This document shows, one piece after another, positions 8,651 through 18,867 of a stretch of DNA of 64,000 nt. The DNA comes from a virus. Every line of letters starts with the position of its first letter. Position 1 is the first letter of the stretch. Position numbers and translations under genes: made by a program. Location of the stretch: positions 7,662-71,661 of the IMG/VR virus record IMGVR_UViG_3300042559_000447; one strand, written 5' to 3'. Below the pieces are notes generated by a model, which saw only the letters and a program-made list of their open reading frames with translations, was not told the origin of the DNA and made no database searches.

Positions 8651-9352
8651 ATGAAAACACTATTGAGCAATGGCAACAGCAACGCCAAGACAAAGAAGAA
8701 TCACAGACCGACCAGGATTCTGTACCTACATCCATCTAATGTAGACGGCAAAGAGATGTGTCCTCATGCGTCCGACGGATGCCGGGCATCATGTCTCAAC
8801 ACTGCCGGTCGTGGGGCATTTAGTAATGTACAACTCGCACGTGTCAATCGTACCAAGTTCTATGTCAATCATAGGCTTGAGTTCTACAACCTATTGCACA
8901 GCGAGATTTTAAAATTCGCACACTCATCTTCGCAGCCTGTCGCTATTCGTCTTAACGGTACATCTGATCAGCCTTTTGTTGAGACCTTAGTTGTGGCTCA
9001 GATGCGTGAGATACCTAGCAATGTTTTCTTCTACGACTATACTAAGAATCCTAAAAAAGCAGGTACTCGTATCCTACCTAGTGGGCATCGTTATACTGTA
9101 GCGTATTCGTATTCAGAGAAAGAGGGTTCTGAGACCCACGCCAAAAATATACTAGCCGACGGTGGTATTGTTGCAGTCGTATTCGACGAACTACCTGCCA
9201 CACATTGGGGTTATCCAGTTGTTGATGGCGATGAGCGAGACGATCTCATGCTAGACATTATGCCTAATATTGGAGGCACTATACTCGGACTCAAAGCAAA
9301 GGGTAAAGCCCGTAAAGATGTATCAGGATTTGTAATTAAATTAAAAAGATAA
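8651..9352 (+). CDS. GP88-like phage protein (radical-SAM-like Cys motif)
   Basis: CPHASDGCRASCL, RLNGTSD, FYDYTK, VDGD, GLKAKG. Confidence 0.75.
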   Translation: MKTLLSNGNSNAKTKKNHRPTRILYLHPSNVDGKEMCPHASDGCRASCLNTAGRGAFSNVQLARVNRTKFYVNHRLEFYNLLHSEILKFAHSSSQPVAIRLNGTSDQPFVETLVVAQMREIPSNVFFYDYTKNPKKAGTRILPSGHRYTVAYSYSEKEGSETHAKNILADGGIVAVVFDELPATHWGYPVVDGDERDDLMLDIMPNIGGTILGLKAKGKARKDVSGFVIKLKR

Positions 9353-9356
9353 TACC

Positions 9357-9713
9357 ATGAATCAAAATTTAGATCAAACATTTAACACCCTGTCAGTGGA
9401 ACTGAACAAGGCAGAGAACTCAATTGCTGATGCGTTGTACCTATGCAACAAAATCAGAAGAACTAACTATTTTCAACAGGAAGAACTACCCTCTTTTGAA
9501 AGTCAAGAACTCACTAGACAAATGTTCATGCAACTCAGAGATGATTTGCTAGACACTATCGAACTAGTAGACCCGGCAGGAATTGTAGAAATAAATACAA
9601 TGATTGACCGTGACAATACTATTAGAATAGATCTTGAGTGGAGTTTGCTTAGAGAGGAACTTGCTGACAAAATATTAAACACCCTTATCAATTATTACAA
9701 CCAAACAAAATAA
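9357..9713 (+). CDS. Hypothetical protein
   Basis: 118-aa ORF. Confidence 0.6.
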   Translation: MNQNLDQTFNTLSVELNKAENSIADALYLCNKIRRTNYFQQEELPSFESQELTRQMFMQLRDDLLDTIELVDPAGIVEINTMIDRDNTIRIDLEWSLLREELADKILNTLINYYNQTK

Positions 9714-9717
9714 CATC

Positions 9718-10632
9718 ATGACAAATTTAAATTCACAAATCGAACAGTTTGAAAAAACTATGGCTCTCCTTATGGAGACAGGTCTTAATTGGGAAATTAA
9801 GAAAGAACAATTCACTCACCCTACTGGGTTGATTACTGATCACTATGGTATCTTTAGATACGATCATGGTTCTGACACCCCCACATCTTGCCTTGGCTCT
9901 GTCAAGGGTAGGTACACAGAGTTATCTAACTTTGATTTAGCCGAGACTATCGTTAAGGCTACCGATTCAATTGGTATCAGTACCAATAGAGGTGGAGAAC
10001 TACAAGGCGGTCGCAAGGTATTCCTTCAGGCACAGCTGCCCGACGAATACATTGGTAAGTCAGGCGTTAAGCGTTGGGTTACTGTACTTAACTCACACGA
10101 TGGTTCATCTTCTATCTCGTTTGGTTCTAGTAACACAGTTGTTGTATGTGAGAATACATTCCATGCCGCACACAAAGAGGGTAGCAGGTTCAGACACACA
10201 GCCTCATCTAAAGAACGTATCGATCAGGCTATCAAAGACTTCCGTCAGACAATCAAAGCCGACGAGCAGATGATGAAAGTATTCCACATCATGTCTGAGC
10301 AGAAGCCTACTGAATCACTGGTTACAAAAGTAATCGAGTCCATGTTTGAGATTGGCTCAGTTAAAGAAAGTGCAGATACCATCTCTACTCGTAAGAAGAA
10401 TCAAGTACTTCAGTTTGCTGAGGCATACAACATCGAACGTCAACTTGAGGGCGATACAGTATGGGGATTGTTTAATGCGGTCACACGTTACACTAATCAC
10501 ATGGTCAGTACGTCTGATAGAAATCAGTACCTTATGACAGGCGGTGGAGCAGACATCAATAACAGCTCATACCAAACTATCTTGGCTTGGTTGGAACAAC
10601 ACACTATGTATAACGATCTTGTAACTATCTAA
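9718..10632 (+). CDS. DUF932 family protein (TIGR03299-like)
   Basis: GLNW, GGRKVF, NSHDGS, VVCENT, RHT, WGLFNAVT. Confidence 0.85.
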   Translation: MTNLNSQIEQFEKTMALLMETGLNWEIKKEQFTHPTGLITDHYGIFRYDHGSDTPTSCLGSVKGRYTELSNFDLAETIVKATDSIGISTNRGGELQGGRKVFLQAQLPDEYIGKSGVKRWVTVLNSHDGSSSISFGSSNTVVVCENTFHAAHKEGSRFRHTASSKERIDQAIKDFRQTIKADEQMMKVFHIMSEQKPTESLVTKVIESMFEIGSVKESADTISTRKKNQVLQFAEAYNIERQLEGDTVWGLFNAVTRYTNHMVSTSDRNQYLMTGGGADINNSSYQTILAWLEQHTMYNDLVTI

Positions 10633-10677
10633 TTAAAATTCAGGGGGGTTTCTGACCCCCCATTTAAAATTAAAACT

Positions 10678-11307
10678 ATGGCAAATCATTGTTGGAACTA
10701 CGCAGTATTCACAGGAAGCGAGTCAGCGTTACAAAAACTTATTGACAACCTCAACAAAGTTAGAGAAGACTTTATCAAAGAACATCGTCCGCTACCGGAA
10801 CAACAGGCTTGGATATACGGACAGAACGGACACATTGTTGCGTTAACTGAAGAACCACCTATCGTTGATGGTATCTTTTCAATTGATCCTTATGATGCTT
10901 ACGGAAGTAAGTGGTATGAGTGTGACTGGGAGGTTGAGGAGGACGACGGAAAGATAAAGTCAGTTACATTACAAGGTTCAAGTGCATGGAGTCCTGCTCA
11001 CCCTTTGTTTGAGAAGATATGTATCAACTACGGCTTGAGTTGTTGGGGTAATTACGATGAGTCAGGCAATGACTTTGCAGGAGACTTTGAGATAACTCCT
11101 AATGGAACTACAACACATAACGAAATGACCTATCGTCAGTACATGGCTACCAATCACCCAGAAGCATTTTGGGAAGACAGAGTTAACGACATAGTTGATG
11201 GGGCATACGATTCTTTCGAGGATGTCCTTGCTGACTTTGAACACGTTGATTGGACACTGACAATGGCAGAGCAATCAGAACTAGAACAATTATTTAATAA
11301 AGATTAA
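10678..11307 (+). CDS. DUF1281/YubB ferredoxin-like protein
   Basis: MANHCWN start, GSKW, SAWSP, YDESG motifs. Confidence 0.65.
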   Translation: MANHCWNYAVFTGSESALQKLIDNLNKVREDFIKEHRPLPEQQAWIYGQNGHIVALTEEPPIVDGIFSIDPYDAYGSKWYECDWEVEEDDGKIKSVTLQGSSAWSPAHPLFEKICINYGLSCWGNYDESGNDFAGDFEITPNGTTTHNEMTYRQYMATNHPEAFWEDRVNDIVDGAYDSFEDVLADFEHVDWTLTMAEQSELEQLFNKD

Positions 11308-11308
11308 T

Positions 11309-11497
11309 ATGCAACTAAGAGAAGGAACTTTAGAAAACGCAGCGGCTTGGTTTGAGTCGTTAGGGTATTCGGTAACATTAAATGAAGCTTATGATACAAT
11401 GTATCTTGAACTTGATGGGTTCTCAGTAGAACTATCTCAATCAGAGATTGTATGTAGAGCCAATCAATGGGTACAACATCTTAAAAGAGAGGATTAA
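11309..11497 (+). CDS. Hypothetical protein
   Basis: Tightly packed small ORF. Confidence 0.55.
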   Translation: MQLREGTLENAAAWFESLGYSVTLNEAYDTMYLELDGFSVELSQSEIVCRANQWVQHLKRED

Positions 11498-11498
11498 T

Positions 11499-11750
11499 AT
11501 GAATGCAATAGAAACCTGTACTATTTACTACAACGAGGTTGAATACGATTGCTATACTGTTTTCACCCCTGATGGCAGTGTGTATGGTATGTCACGAGAT
11601 CCTTACTCTCCATTAGGATTCAACAACTACATCGGAGAATCTGATGAGTATCTACACAGACACCATCTTGGCGAGATAGTACGATTAGAAGATTTAGAAG
11701 CAGATGTAATCAAAGCAATAACACACAGACTAGAACATGAGAACAATTAA
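11499..11750 (+). CDS. Hypothetical protein
   Basis: Start moved to ATG 11499. Confidence 0.55.
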   Translation: MNAIETCTIYYNEVEYDCYTVFTPDGSVYGMSRDPYSPLGFNNYIGESDEYLHRHHLGEIVRLEDLEADVIKAITHRLEHENN

Positions 11751-11985
11751 AATCACAACAACACAACACTACACTAAGACAGCAGTAGTAGAAATTCCAT
11801 TTCCAGATGATATTCACAATTTGGATGAGGTAGCAGACTTTCTATATGACAATGAATATTTGTATAGAGATAAATTAGAAAAAGAATTTGCATCAATTCA
11901 ACCTGAGTTTGATGCAGAACAATCTCGCTACGATGTAATTGAAGAAGTAAAACTAACTAGACATTTATGGGGCGGTACACTATAA
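11737..11985 (+). CDS. Hypothetical protein
   Basis: Small acidic ORF in array. Confidence 0.55.
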   Translation: MRTIKITTTQHYTKTAVVEIPFPDDIHNLDEVADFLYDNEYLYRDKLEKEFASIQPEFDAEQSRYDVIEEVKLTRHLWGGTL

Positions 11986-12133
11986 AAAGAATAGTCTATG
12001 TATCTGAGAATCTCATAAAGTATGGGAAGAAAGAACAACTCAGATCTTTCACTTGTGATTGCGGTGAATCGAAGGCTTTAGAAACTAAACGTACCGTGTG
12101 GGTACAATGTGCAACTTGTAAAAAACAATACCA

Positions 12134-12403
12134 ATGAGAACTGAAACATTAATCGCCAAAGTAAAAGAAAAGGGATTTGTTTTCCCAACTTGTTTACAAT
12201 GGACCGGAGCCGACATTGATGCACGACTCCGGGCAATCGGACAAGGTGACCAAGTCAAATGCATCAGCCTAGAGAATAAGCAAATGCTTCTAGAAGATTT
12301 CTTCAACGAGTACGAAGATCAGATTTGTGAGTTCATAAATCAGCAACTCGAAGAACATTTAGACAACCTAACAGATTTCAATCCATCAGATAAACCATTT
12401 TAA
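12134..12403 (+). CDS. Hypothetical protein
   Basis: 89-aa ORF. Confidence 0.55.
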   Translation: MRTETLIAKVKEKGFVFPTCLQWTGADIDARLRAIGQGDQVKCISLENKQMLLEDFFNEYEDQICEFINQQLEEHLDNLTDFNPSDKPF

Positions 12404-12404
12404 T

Positions 12405-12719
12405 ATGAAGTACGACATCACCCAACTCAAACGCAACAGAATCTTAGATGTTGCTCTTAACTATACGAATGTATCAAAAGAAGATTTCTTTCAGCTCAGA
12501 AATAAAAAGAAATATGCCGGTATCAGAAATGTGTGTATACATTTGATGTATGACAACGGAGTACACTACGAGGAGATTGCCAAGAGTTTGGGGATGTCGA
12601 TACAAAACGTATACTACCAACTCAGAACCAAAGACAAGTGGAAACAATTCGAGAAGGATTTGTATGACACCATTGGTCAAGAGATCAAGAATGAAAAATC
12701 AGAACTAAGCCTATACTAA
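12405..12719 (+). CDS. HTH protein, DnaA C-terminal-like
   Basis: IRNVCIHLM...YEEIAKSLGMSIQNVYY helix-turn-helix. Confidence 0.55.
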   Translation: MKYDITQLKRNRILDVALNYTNVSKEDFFQLRNKKKYAGIRNVCIHLMYDNGVHYEEIAKSLGMSIQNVYYQLRTKDKWKQFEKDLYDTIGQEIKNEKSELSLY

Positions 12720-12720
12720 T

Positions 12721-13239
12721 ATGTTATTGATAGATAAAGACTTACAAATATTTGAGGGTAAGCAAATCAAAAGACTCAGACCCTTTAAAAGATTAAGATA
12801 TTTTGTTTACATTTCTGTGACAATAAATATCATACTTATTGTAACTTTGTACAAGAGTTGCAATCAACAACCTGTTGTTATGGAGAGAATCATTAGAGAT
12901 ACTGTAATAAAACATCATGACATTACTCTGACAGACTCGGCTATACTTGATGAGTTAGTTGCACAGAAGTGCGTACTTCCTGCTGTTGCACTGGCTCAAT
13001 TTAAAATAGAATCATCTCATTTCAAATCTGATATTTGCAAGGAGAATAAAAACATTGCTGGTATAAAGACCAGTAGATCTAAGTTTGTAGTAGGTACAAA
13101 CAGAGGACACTGTGTATATAATACATATAGAGATTGTATCAAAGATTATGTACGTATACAAAATCGTTATTTAAAATCCATCGAAGGCAAGTATGCTGAA
13201 GCCGGTGGATATGTAGAACTAATTAAAAATTTAAGATGA
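12721..13239 (+). CDS. Membrane-anchored glucosaminidase (GH73-like) peptidoglycan hydrolase
   Basis: N-terminal TM; ALAQFKIESS, NIAGIK, KYAE motifs. Confidence 0.65.
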   Translation: MLLIDKDLQIFEGKQIKRLRPFKRLRYFVYISVTINIILIVTLYKSCNQQPVVMERIIRDTVIKHHDITLTDSAILDELVAQKCVLPAVALAQFKIESSHFKSDICKENKNIAGIKTSRSKFVVGTNRGHCVYNTYRDCIKDYVRIQNRYLKSIEGKYAEAGGYVELIKNLR

Positions 13240-14048
13240 GCAAATTGTTTGATTTGTTGTTTTGTTGTTTTCATGGTTTAATGTCTAAGGGGTCTTGTTC
13301 TGAGGCCCCCGACGACATTATGATACCAAGAGCAATGAGAACAACTCACCCAGACGAGCCGGTTGGCTATAATGAATTTCACACTAACTTAAGAGACCAA
13401 ATTAAAAAACAATATGACACAGAAAGAAGCAATTAGAATAGCCAAGGAGTTTGGCTTTCAAAAGATCACTGTTCTCCCAGAAGAATCTGGGCAGTCAACA
13501 TTTCATTATTTCGTACTAAAGCTAAAGGAAAAGCAGATTGAGTTTATGTTACACAACGATTGTTCATTTGATGACTGGGGTATGACAATAGAATTAGGAG
13601 ATTATATTTACTATGACTATGAGTCTTGTATAAATATTTTAGTTGCGATTATTAATGGTCAGTAAAGATATATATCAAAACATTGCAGAGTTAAATGCGT
13701 CAGTTAAGTATGACCCGATAACTTTGCTGGGTCTCAGAGTCGTACCTGCATTTGTAAATGGAGATTTTGTATATCGAATTTATAAAGACGCAGAACACAG
13801 AGCTGATCTCAAAACACTTACTGAAGCTAAGGTAACAATTGAAGTATTAAAGAATGAGGATAGAAGTTTATAGAAGTCAGATGCAAACCCCAATGGGAAC
13901 GTACTATCTAAACCTTACACACCCTGTACCCATGCGGTATGTAATGAAAGGAGAAGATGATATTGATACAGACTGGATTGAACAGAGACTGAATTTAATT
14001 GACGATGACATTTTAGAATTACAAGAATTAATAGAAGACTTACAATAA
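13236..14048 (+). CDS. Four overlapping small hypothetical ORFs (13236-13436, 13414-13665, 13655-13873, 13854-14048)
   Basis: Head-to-tail plus-strand ORFs. Confidence 0.5.
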
Positions 14049-14052
14049 ACAA

Positions 14053-14283
14053 ATGAAACTATACACAGAAGAACAAGTAAAAACAATGCTAATTAAGATG
14101 GATGAATTTACGCTACTGCATATTAACCGTCTTATGGATGAATTGACACCCATCGAACTACCAAGTGATGAGGGTGTAGAGGAAATGGGCAAAGATGTAA
14201 TTGTTTACAACGATACCAAGCGTGGTTGGTTTGTAGAGGGATTAAGGTTTATGCGTGATAAAATACAAGGAGGTAACAAGTGA
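14053..14283 (+). CDS. Hypothetical protein ending GGNK
   Basis: MKLYTEEQV...PIELPSDE small-ORF type. Confidence 0.6.
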   Translation: MKLYTEEQVKTMLIKMDEFTLLHINRLMDELTPIELPSDEGVEEMGKDVIVYNDTKRGWFVEGLRFMRDKIQGGNK

Positions 14284-14654
14284 ATAAAGAATTTATACCC
14301 TACAAAGAAGCATTCGAGTTAAAGCAACTTGGATTTGATGAACCTTGTTTAAGTTATTATGAAGGAGAGTCATTCTCATATCATTTAGCATCAATAAAAG
14401 GAGATGATTACATTATCCCAGCACCACTATTCCAACAAGTCTTTCGATGGTTTAGAGATAAAAAACTATCAGATATGTGTGTTTGTAGGTATCAAGGTCG
14501 AGACGATGGTGGTGTTTATTATTATTACTCTATAACAAAAGATTTTGGGATTGAAGAAACAAGACACTTCAAAGAAGGGTTTTTTACCTACGAAGAAGCC
14601 GAACTTGCTTGTCTTAGAGCAATGATTAAACTAGTTAAAGGAGGCAACAAATGA
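14280..14654 (+). CDS. Conserved hypothetical protein ending GGNK
   Basis: EFIPY...LKQLGFDEPC...APLFQQVFRWFR...TYEEAELACL. Confidence 0.7.
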   Translation: MNKEFIPYKEAFELKQLGFDEPCLSYYEGESFSYHLASIKGDDYIIPAPLFQQVFRWFRDKKLSDMCVCRYQGRDDGGVYYYYSITKDFGIEETRHFKEGFFTYEEAELACLRAMIKLVKGGNK

Positions 14655-14887
14655 CACCAAAAGAACAAGCAAAAGAACTAATAAATAAATTTCAAATACA
14701 ATATGTAAGCCCAATGTATCTATTATCAGCAAAAGCCCATTCTAAACAATGTGCATTAATTGCAGTAGATGGGATAATTGATGCACTTTCAGAATATGAC
14801 AATAGAAATAATACTTATGAACTTCAAAATATGGATAGGGATTTTAATTATTGGCAACAAGTAAAACAAGAAATAGAAAAACTATGA
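14651..14887 (+). CDS. Hypothetical protein, paralog of 22425-22667
   Basis: KAKEL / CALIAVD / YWxxVKQEIEKL shared. Confidence 0.7.
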   Translation: MTPKEQAKELINKFQIQYVSPMYLLSAKAHSKQCALIAVDGIIDALSEYDNRNNTYELQNMDRDFNYWQQVKQEIEKL

Positions 14888-15093
14888 CAAATAACAAACA
14901 ACAAACAACAGTAGATTGGATTGAACAAGAAATGTTGAAAGGAAATTTAAGCCTGAAAGAAATACTTGAACAAGCCAAAGAAATGGATAAAAAACAAAGT
15001 ATCAATGACTTTGTTGCGGGGAATAAATTGGACTTTTACGATGGTACAGAAAAAGAATGTGCCGAACACTACTACAACGAAACATTTAAATAA
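14884..15093 (+). CDS. Hypothetical protein
   Basis: Start moved to ATG 14884 (MTNNKQQ...EQAKEM...YYNETF). Confidence 0.6.
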   Translation: MTNNKQQTTVDWIEQEMLKGNLSLKEILEQAKEMDKKQSINDFVAGNKLDFYDGTEKECAEHYYNETFK

Positions 15094-15095
15094 AT

Positions 15096-15595
15096 ATGAA
15101 ATACCCAGAACTATTTTATTACGACGGAAAAAACGTAGAAGATCTAGCACAGTTCATAGGCTTAGATGAAGATGACTACACAACACAGGAACTTAAAGAT
15201 GGATTGTTTATGCTATTCTTTGATGGTCTGTATGTAGCACCCATGAGTGTGGTAAGATACGACCCAGAGACAGACATGTTAGATTTGTTTGTATATGAGA
15301 AAAGCAACAGATGAAAAAGATATTTAACTACATTAAGATGATTCCACATAACCATGTGGATTGGGTTCCTTTTGAACCAAAACCCATGCCTTACTTTACT
15401 TTAGATGTAGACGCAAGAGATGACTGGTATGCAAGACAACACACAGAACATTGTAAAAAACTAACTCTCAAAAAGCCTCTTAGGGCCAAGATAGATAGAA
15501 CAATTTGGTTTTTGGTTTATTCGTCGTTTATGTTAGGTATTATGTTTCTCACAGAATATCTATTTGAAATGCTGTACAAATATTATCATCCATGA
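15096..15595 (+). CDS. Two hypothetical ORFs (15096-15314; 15311-15595 with C-terminal TM)
   Basis: ATGA-coupled ORFs. Confidence 0.55.
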
Positions 15596-16284
15596 AAAGA
15601 GCAGCGATTTACACAAGGGTATCTCACACTAACCAGGTGGAGGACGGATCATCTATAGAGAATCAAACAGAAAAGTTAAATGCTTTCTGTAAGGTAAAGA
15701 ACTATAAAATAGTTGCAGACCTGAGCGATGCCGGTATCTCTGGTAGAAAGTTTGAAACTCGCCAAAACTTCATGAAGATGATGGATATGGCGAAGAATAA
15801 ACAGATAGACGCTGTAGTTGTTTACTCTCTATCTCGTTTTGGTAGAAACTTAAAGGATACACTTAAGTGGATTGAATATCTAGAGAAGCTAGGGGTATCG
15901 TTCTACACACAAGACTTTCAGGTAGACACCACAACATCTCATGGTAAACTGATGCTTCAAATGATAGCAGCCTTTGCAGAGTTTGAGTCTAATCAGAGAT
16001 CTGAACTTATTACATCTGTAATGTCTCATCTTAAGAAGAACAAGAAAGTGTACTGTGGTCCTACTCCATTAGGCTTTGATAAAGTTGGAGATGATTTGGT
16101 TCCGAACCCCCAGGAACTTTTGATAGTCAGAAGGATTTACCGGATGCGAGAAGAAGGCGATCATCTTGAGGTTATAGCCAATACTCTTAATGATGAAGGC
16201 TTAATTGGTAAAAAGGGTGGGCGGTTTCAGAAGATGACAATATCAAAAATATTAAACAACAGCATTTATAATGAATACAGATAA
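15592..16284 (+). CDS. Serine recombinase (resolvase domain plus short recombinase domain)
   Basis: IYTRVS catalytic Ser, DAGISG, LSRFGR, G-PLGF, IANTLN. Confidence 0.9.
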   Translation: MKRAAIYTRVSHTNQVEDGSSIENQTEKLNAFCKVKNYKIVADLSDAGISGRKFETRQNFMKMMDMAKNKQIDAVVVYSLSRFGRNLKDTLKWIEYLEKLGVSFYTQDFQVDTTTSHGKLMLQMIAAFAEFESNQRSELITSVMSHLKKNKKVYCGPTPLGFDKVGDDLVPNPQELLIVRRIYRMREEGDHLEVIANTLNDEGLIGKKGGRFQKMTISKILNNSIYNEYR

Positions 16285-16598
16285 TGGAAGAGTTAGTAAT
16301 GCACCTAGCAAGAATCATCTACAGGTTAAATGGTCTTTCACAAGAAGATAAAGATAAAATTATTGAACTTGTAGAGGAAACTAAAAAGAAAAGTAGTAAA
16401 TTTGTCCCCCCTACAATAGAGGAGGTAACACAATATCTTAAATCAGAAAACTATTCAAGCCCATATAAATATGCAGAGCAGTTTGTATCTTTCTATGGAG
16501 CGAAGGGTTGGATGATAGGGAAAAACAAAATGAAAAATTGGAAATTAGCAACTAAACAATGGAAAGAATGGGAGAAGAAAACAAAAGTATTGGTTTAA
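16284..16598 (+). CDS. Replication-initiator C-terminal-like protein
   Basis: FVPPTIEEV...FYGAKGWMIGKNKMKNWK motif. Confidence 0.6.
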   Translation: MEELVMHLARIIYRLNGLSQEDKDKIIELVEETKKKSSKFVPPTIEEVTQYLKSENYSSPYKYAEQFVSFYGAKGWMIGKNKMKNWKLATKQWKEWEKKTKVLV

Positions 16599-16978
16599 TC
16601 GTGGAAGCGTTAACCAAAAAAGTAGACGAGCTTAACAAGAGAATCGCAGAACTTGAATCAAAAACAAACATCATTCCTGATGTCTTTAACTTTCAAATGA
16701 AGTTTGATCAGCTGGTCGATGAAACCTGTAAGGTTATTTCAATTAGTAGAGAAGAACTAATGACTAGAAAAAGAACCAGGCATGCTGTATTGGGTAGACA
16801 GATCATCAGTTACATCGCTGTAAGACATATGGCAATGGCCACTACTGAAGTTGCCAGACGTATAAACAGAGATCACAGTAGCATCATACATCTTAAGAAT
16901 ACATTTTCAGATTATTTAGATGCTGAGTATGACATGGAAACAAAGTATTATAGGGCTGTGCTTAATGCAATAGTGTAA
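16559..16978 (+). CDS. DnaA C-terminal (domain IV)-like DNA-binding protein
   Basis: RxxxxVxxRQIxxY...EVARxxNRDHSSIIH signature. Confidence 0.75.
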   Translation: MERMGEENKSIGLIVEALTKKVDELNKRIAELESKTNIIPDVFNFQMKFDQLVDETCKVISISREELMTRKRTRHAVLGRQIISYIAVRHMAMATTEVARRINRDHSSIIHLKNTFSDYLDAEYDMETKYYRAVLNAIV

Positions 16979-17139
16979 TGAAAGAACTAATGTTTATCGT
17001 ACTGAGTATCGGGGGGTTGTCAGAATCTAAAATGAAAACCTGCACAGCAGTAGAAATAACCTCTAAAGATACCGGTACTCTTTTTATACAAAAAAGTAAT
17101 TTACATGTTGGGGATACAATTGTAATTACAAAAAGATGA
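16978..17139 (+). CDS. Small hypothetical protein (53 aa, below ORF-track cutoff)
   Basis: Fills gap, coupled to neighbours. Confidence 0.45.
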   Translation: MKELMFIVLSIGGLSESKMKTCTAVEITSKDTGTLFIQKSNLHVGDTIVITKR

Positions 17140-17789
17140 ACAAGTTTTACATAAAAAAGACAAAAAGAAATAGGATTGAAGACATTAAATACCTATTTTT
17201 GTTCTGGAAAGGTAGAAAAAAAGGAATGATATACACTAGAGACATAACATTAAGTGACTTGAGGCTTATATTCTTTCCTAAAAACTTCTACGAGAAGTAT
17301 AGCTACTTGGGTTCTGTTCCTTACCTTGAGGAAAAGAATATGCTACACGCCCTGACAATGGCTTTAGACGGTGAGGCTAAGCCAGGTTGGTGTCCGAGAT
17401 GGTTCCTCAGGTTTACTCATTTGTTTGGTAACGACAAATCATTAGTAAGAGTTCGCAACTGGTTCTGGCATAATCTACACCGCAAGATAACTAAGGGCGT
17501 TGTGTTCTTTGACTACAAGACTAAGTGGTCTCACTATGACTTGAGGCTTAGCGTACACGGACCAATGTACTTGCAGGATTTGGCTGAAGCTATCGAGTTG
17601 TACACCTACAGGACCGGAAGAAGAGAAGAGCTGTTGAGTATACTTTCTAACATCTCTGAGATGGAGGGGAAGTATAATCATTTCGACACACTAAGAGACC
17701 TTGAGAATAAGTATGAAGAGTATCTGAATAAGTATGAAGAGTATCTTGACAAAGAAGTGCAAAGCGTGCAGTCAGACAAAAACAACTGA
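17136..17789 (+). CDS. Hypothetical protein
   Basis: 217-aa ORF, contains 21-nt tandem duplication. Confidence 0.65.
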   Translation: MNKFYIKKTKRNRIEDIKYLFLFWKGRKKGMIYTRDITLSDLRLIFFPKNFYEKYSYLGSVPYLEEKNMLHALTMALDGEAKPGWCPRWFLRFTHLFGNDKSLVRVRNWFWHNLHRKITKGVVFFDYKTKWSHYDLRLSVHGPMYLQDLAEAIELYTYRTGRREELLSILSNISEMEGKYNHFDTLRDLENKYEEYLNKYEEYLDKEVQSVQSDKNN

Positions 17790-17958
17790 CCTGTTCTATA
17801 GGCACAAGTTTAATCTGGACGGACTCATGGGTAAGTGTATCGACTGCTTCAACAAGGCAAACAAGTTATACTACATCGAGCACAAGTGTACGCCAGAGCA
17901 GAGAATGAGGCAGAGAGAACGTTCTAGAATTTATAGAGAAAAAACAAACCAAAAATAA
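17734..17958 (+). CDS. Zn-finger protein
   Basis: KKCKAC...FY...DGL..KCIDC. Confidence 0.6.
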   Translation: MKSILTKKCKACSQTKTTDLFYRHKFNLDGLMGKCIDCFNKANKLYYIEHKCTPEQRMRQRERSRIYREKTNQK

Positions 17959-17959
17959 T

Positions 17960-18268
17960 ATGTTTACATTAAAAATTACAAACAAAAATGGATTTGTAGA
18001 ACAAATCTTATTAGGGACAAAGTATCATTACATCCTAAAATCAGACAGAGAGCAATTCAATGATTGGGAAACTATCTTTGGAGAGCAATCAAGAGAAGAC
18101 AGACCACCATTTGACGATGAGTATGGGGTTTTATGTGCAGGAGTACAGCGCATTATTCTTACGGAAGGGAATCTATATGAAATTAATGTATGGGATTCGC
18201 ATTACAAAGAAGAGGGTGCAGACTTTAACACTATTTATGATGGATTTGCAAGGGGTTGCGTTGAGTAA
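17960..18268 (+). CDS. Hypothetical protein
   Basis: 102-aa ORF. Confidence 0.5.
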   Translation: MFTLKITNKNGFVEQILLGTKYHYILKSDREQFNDWETIFGEQSREDRPPFDDEYGVLCAGVQRIILTEGNLYEINVWDSHYKEEGADFNTIYDGFARGCVE

Positions 18269-18300
18269 CCCCCTATTAAAAAAACACGCGGAGGTAACAA

Positions 18301-18660
18301 ATGAGCAATGAGAAAGAAAAGGAATTAATTTTTCACATAGCAATAGTTTGCCATCAAGCCAACAAACAATGGTGTGAATCTAATTATGACTATTCACAAA
18401 AAGATTGGAAAGATGCGGAACAATGGCAAAGAGATTCGGCTATTAAAGGAGTTAAATTCCGTTTAGAAAATCCAAATGCTAAAGAAGATGCTCAACACAA
18501 TGCTTGGATGGAAGACAGAATCAAAGATGGTTGGGTCTATGGAGATGTTAAGGATGCTGAGAAAAAAACTCACCCTTGCTTAGTTCCATTTGACCAATTA
18601 CCTTTGTTTCAGCAAAAGAAAGACAAGCTATTCTGTGCAATAGTTGATGCTTTAAAATAG
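18301..18660 (+). CDS. RyR-domain protein
   Basis: HNAWM..R..DGWVYG..KD..KKTHPCLVPFDQLP. Confidence 0.85.
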   Translation: MSNEKEKELIFHIAIVCHQANKQWCESNYDYSQKDWKDAEQWQRDSAIKGVKFRLENPNAKEDAQHNAWMEDRIKDGWVYGDVKDAEKKTHPCLVPFDQLPLFQQKKDKLFCAIVDALK

Positions 18661-18780
18661 TTAGCCAGCAGGCCACTGGATCGAAAACAAGGAAGCTTCC
18701 CATAAGAACAGCAGACCTTCTGAATCGTTAGTCAGCATAGTTATCAGGTTCTATGGATGCTTAATGCAAAAACCTGGCAT

Positions 18781-18866
18781 ACCAGAGTGGTGGAATTGGT
18801 AGACACATGCGGTGGATTTTAATTGGAATTGCTGCTAAATTACAGGTTCGAGTCCTGTTTCTGGTA
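18781..18866 (+). ncRNA. tRNA-like RNA 1 (Leu-type D arm, anticodon arm replaced by irregular hairpin)
   Basis: ACCAGAG/TTCTGGT; GTGGAATTGGTAGACAC; ACAGG-TTCGAGT-CCTGT. Confidence 0.7.
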
Positions 18867-18867
18867 C

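Noticed and set aside
8545-8739. 64-aa coiled-coil ORF
   Set aside because: Plausibly real (coupled to upstream stop) but overlaps the GP88-like gene by ~90 nt and has no recognisable motif, so left uncalled
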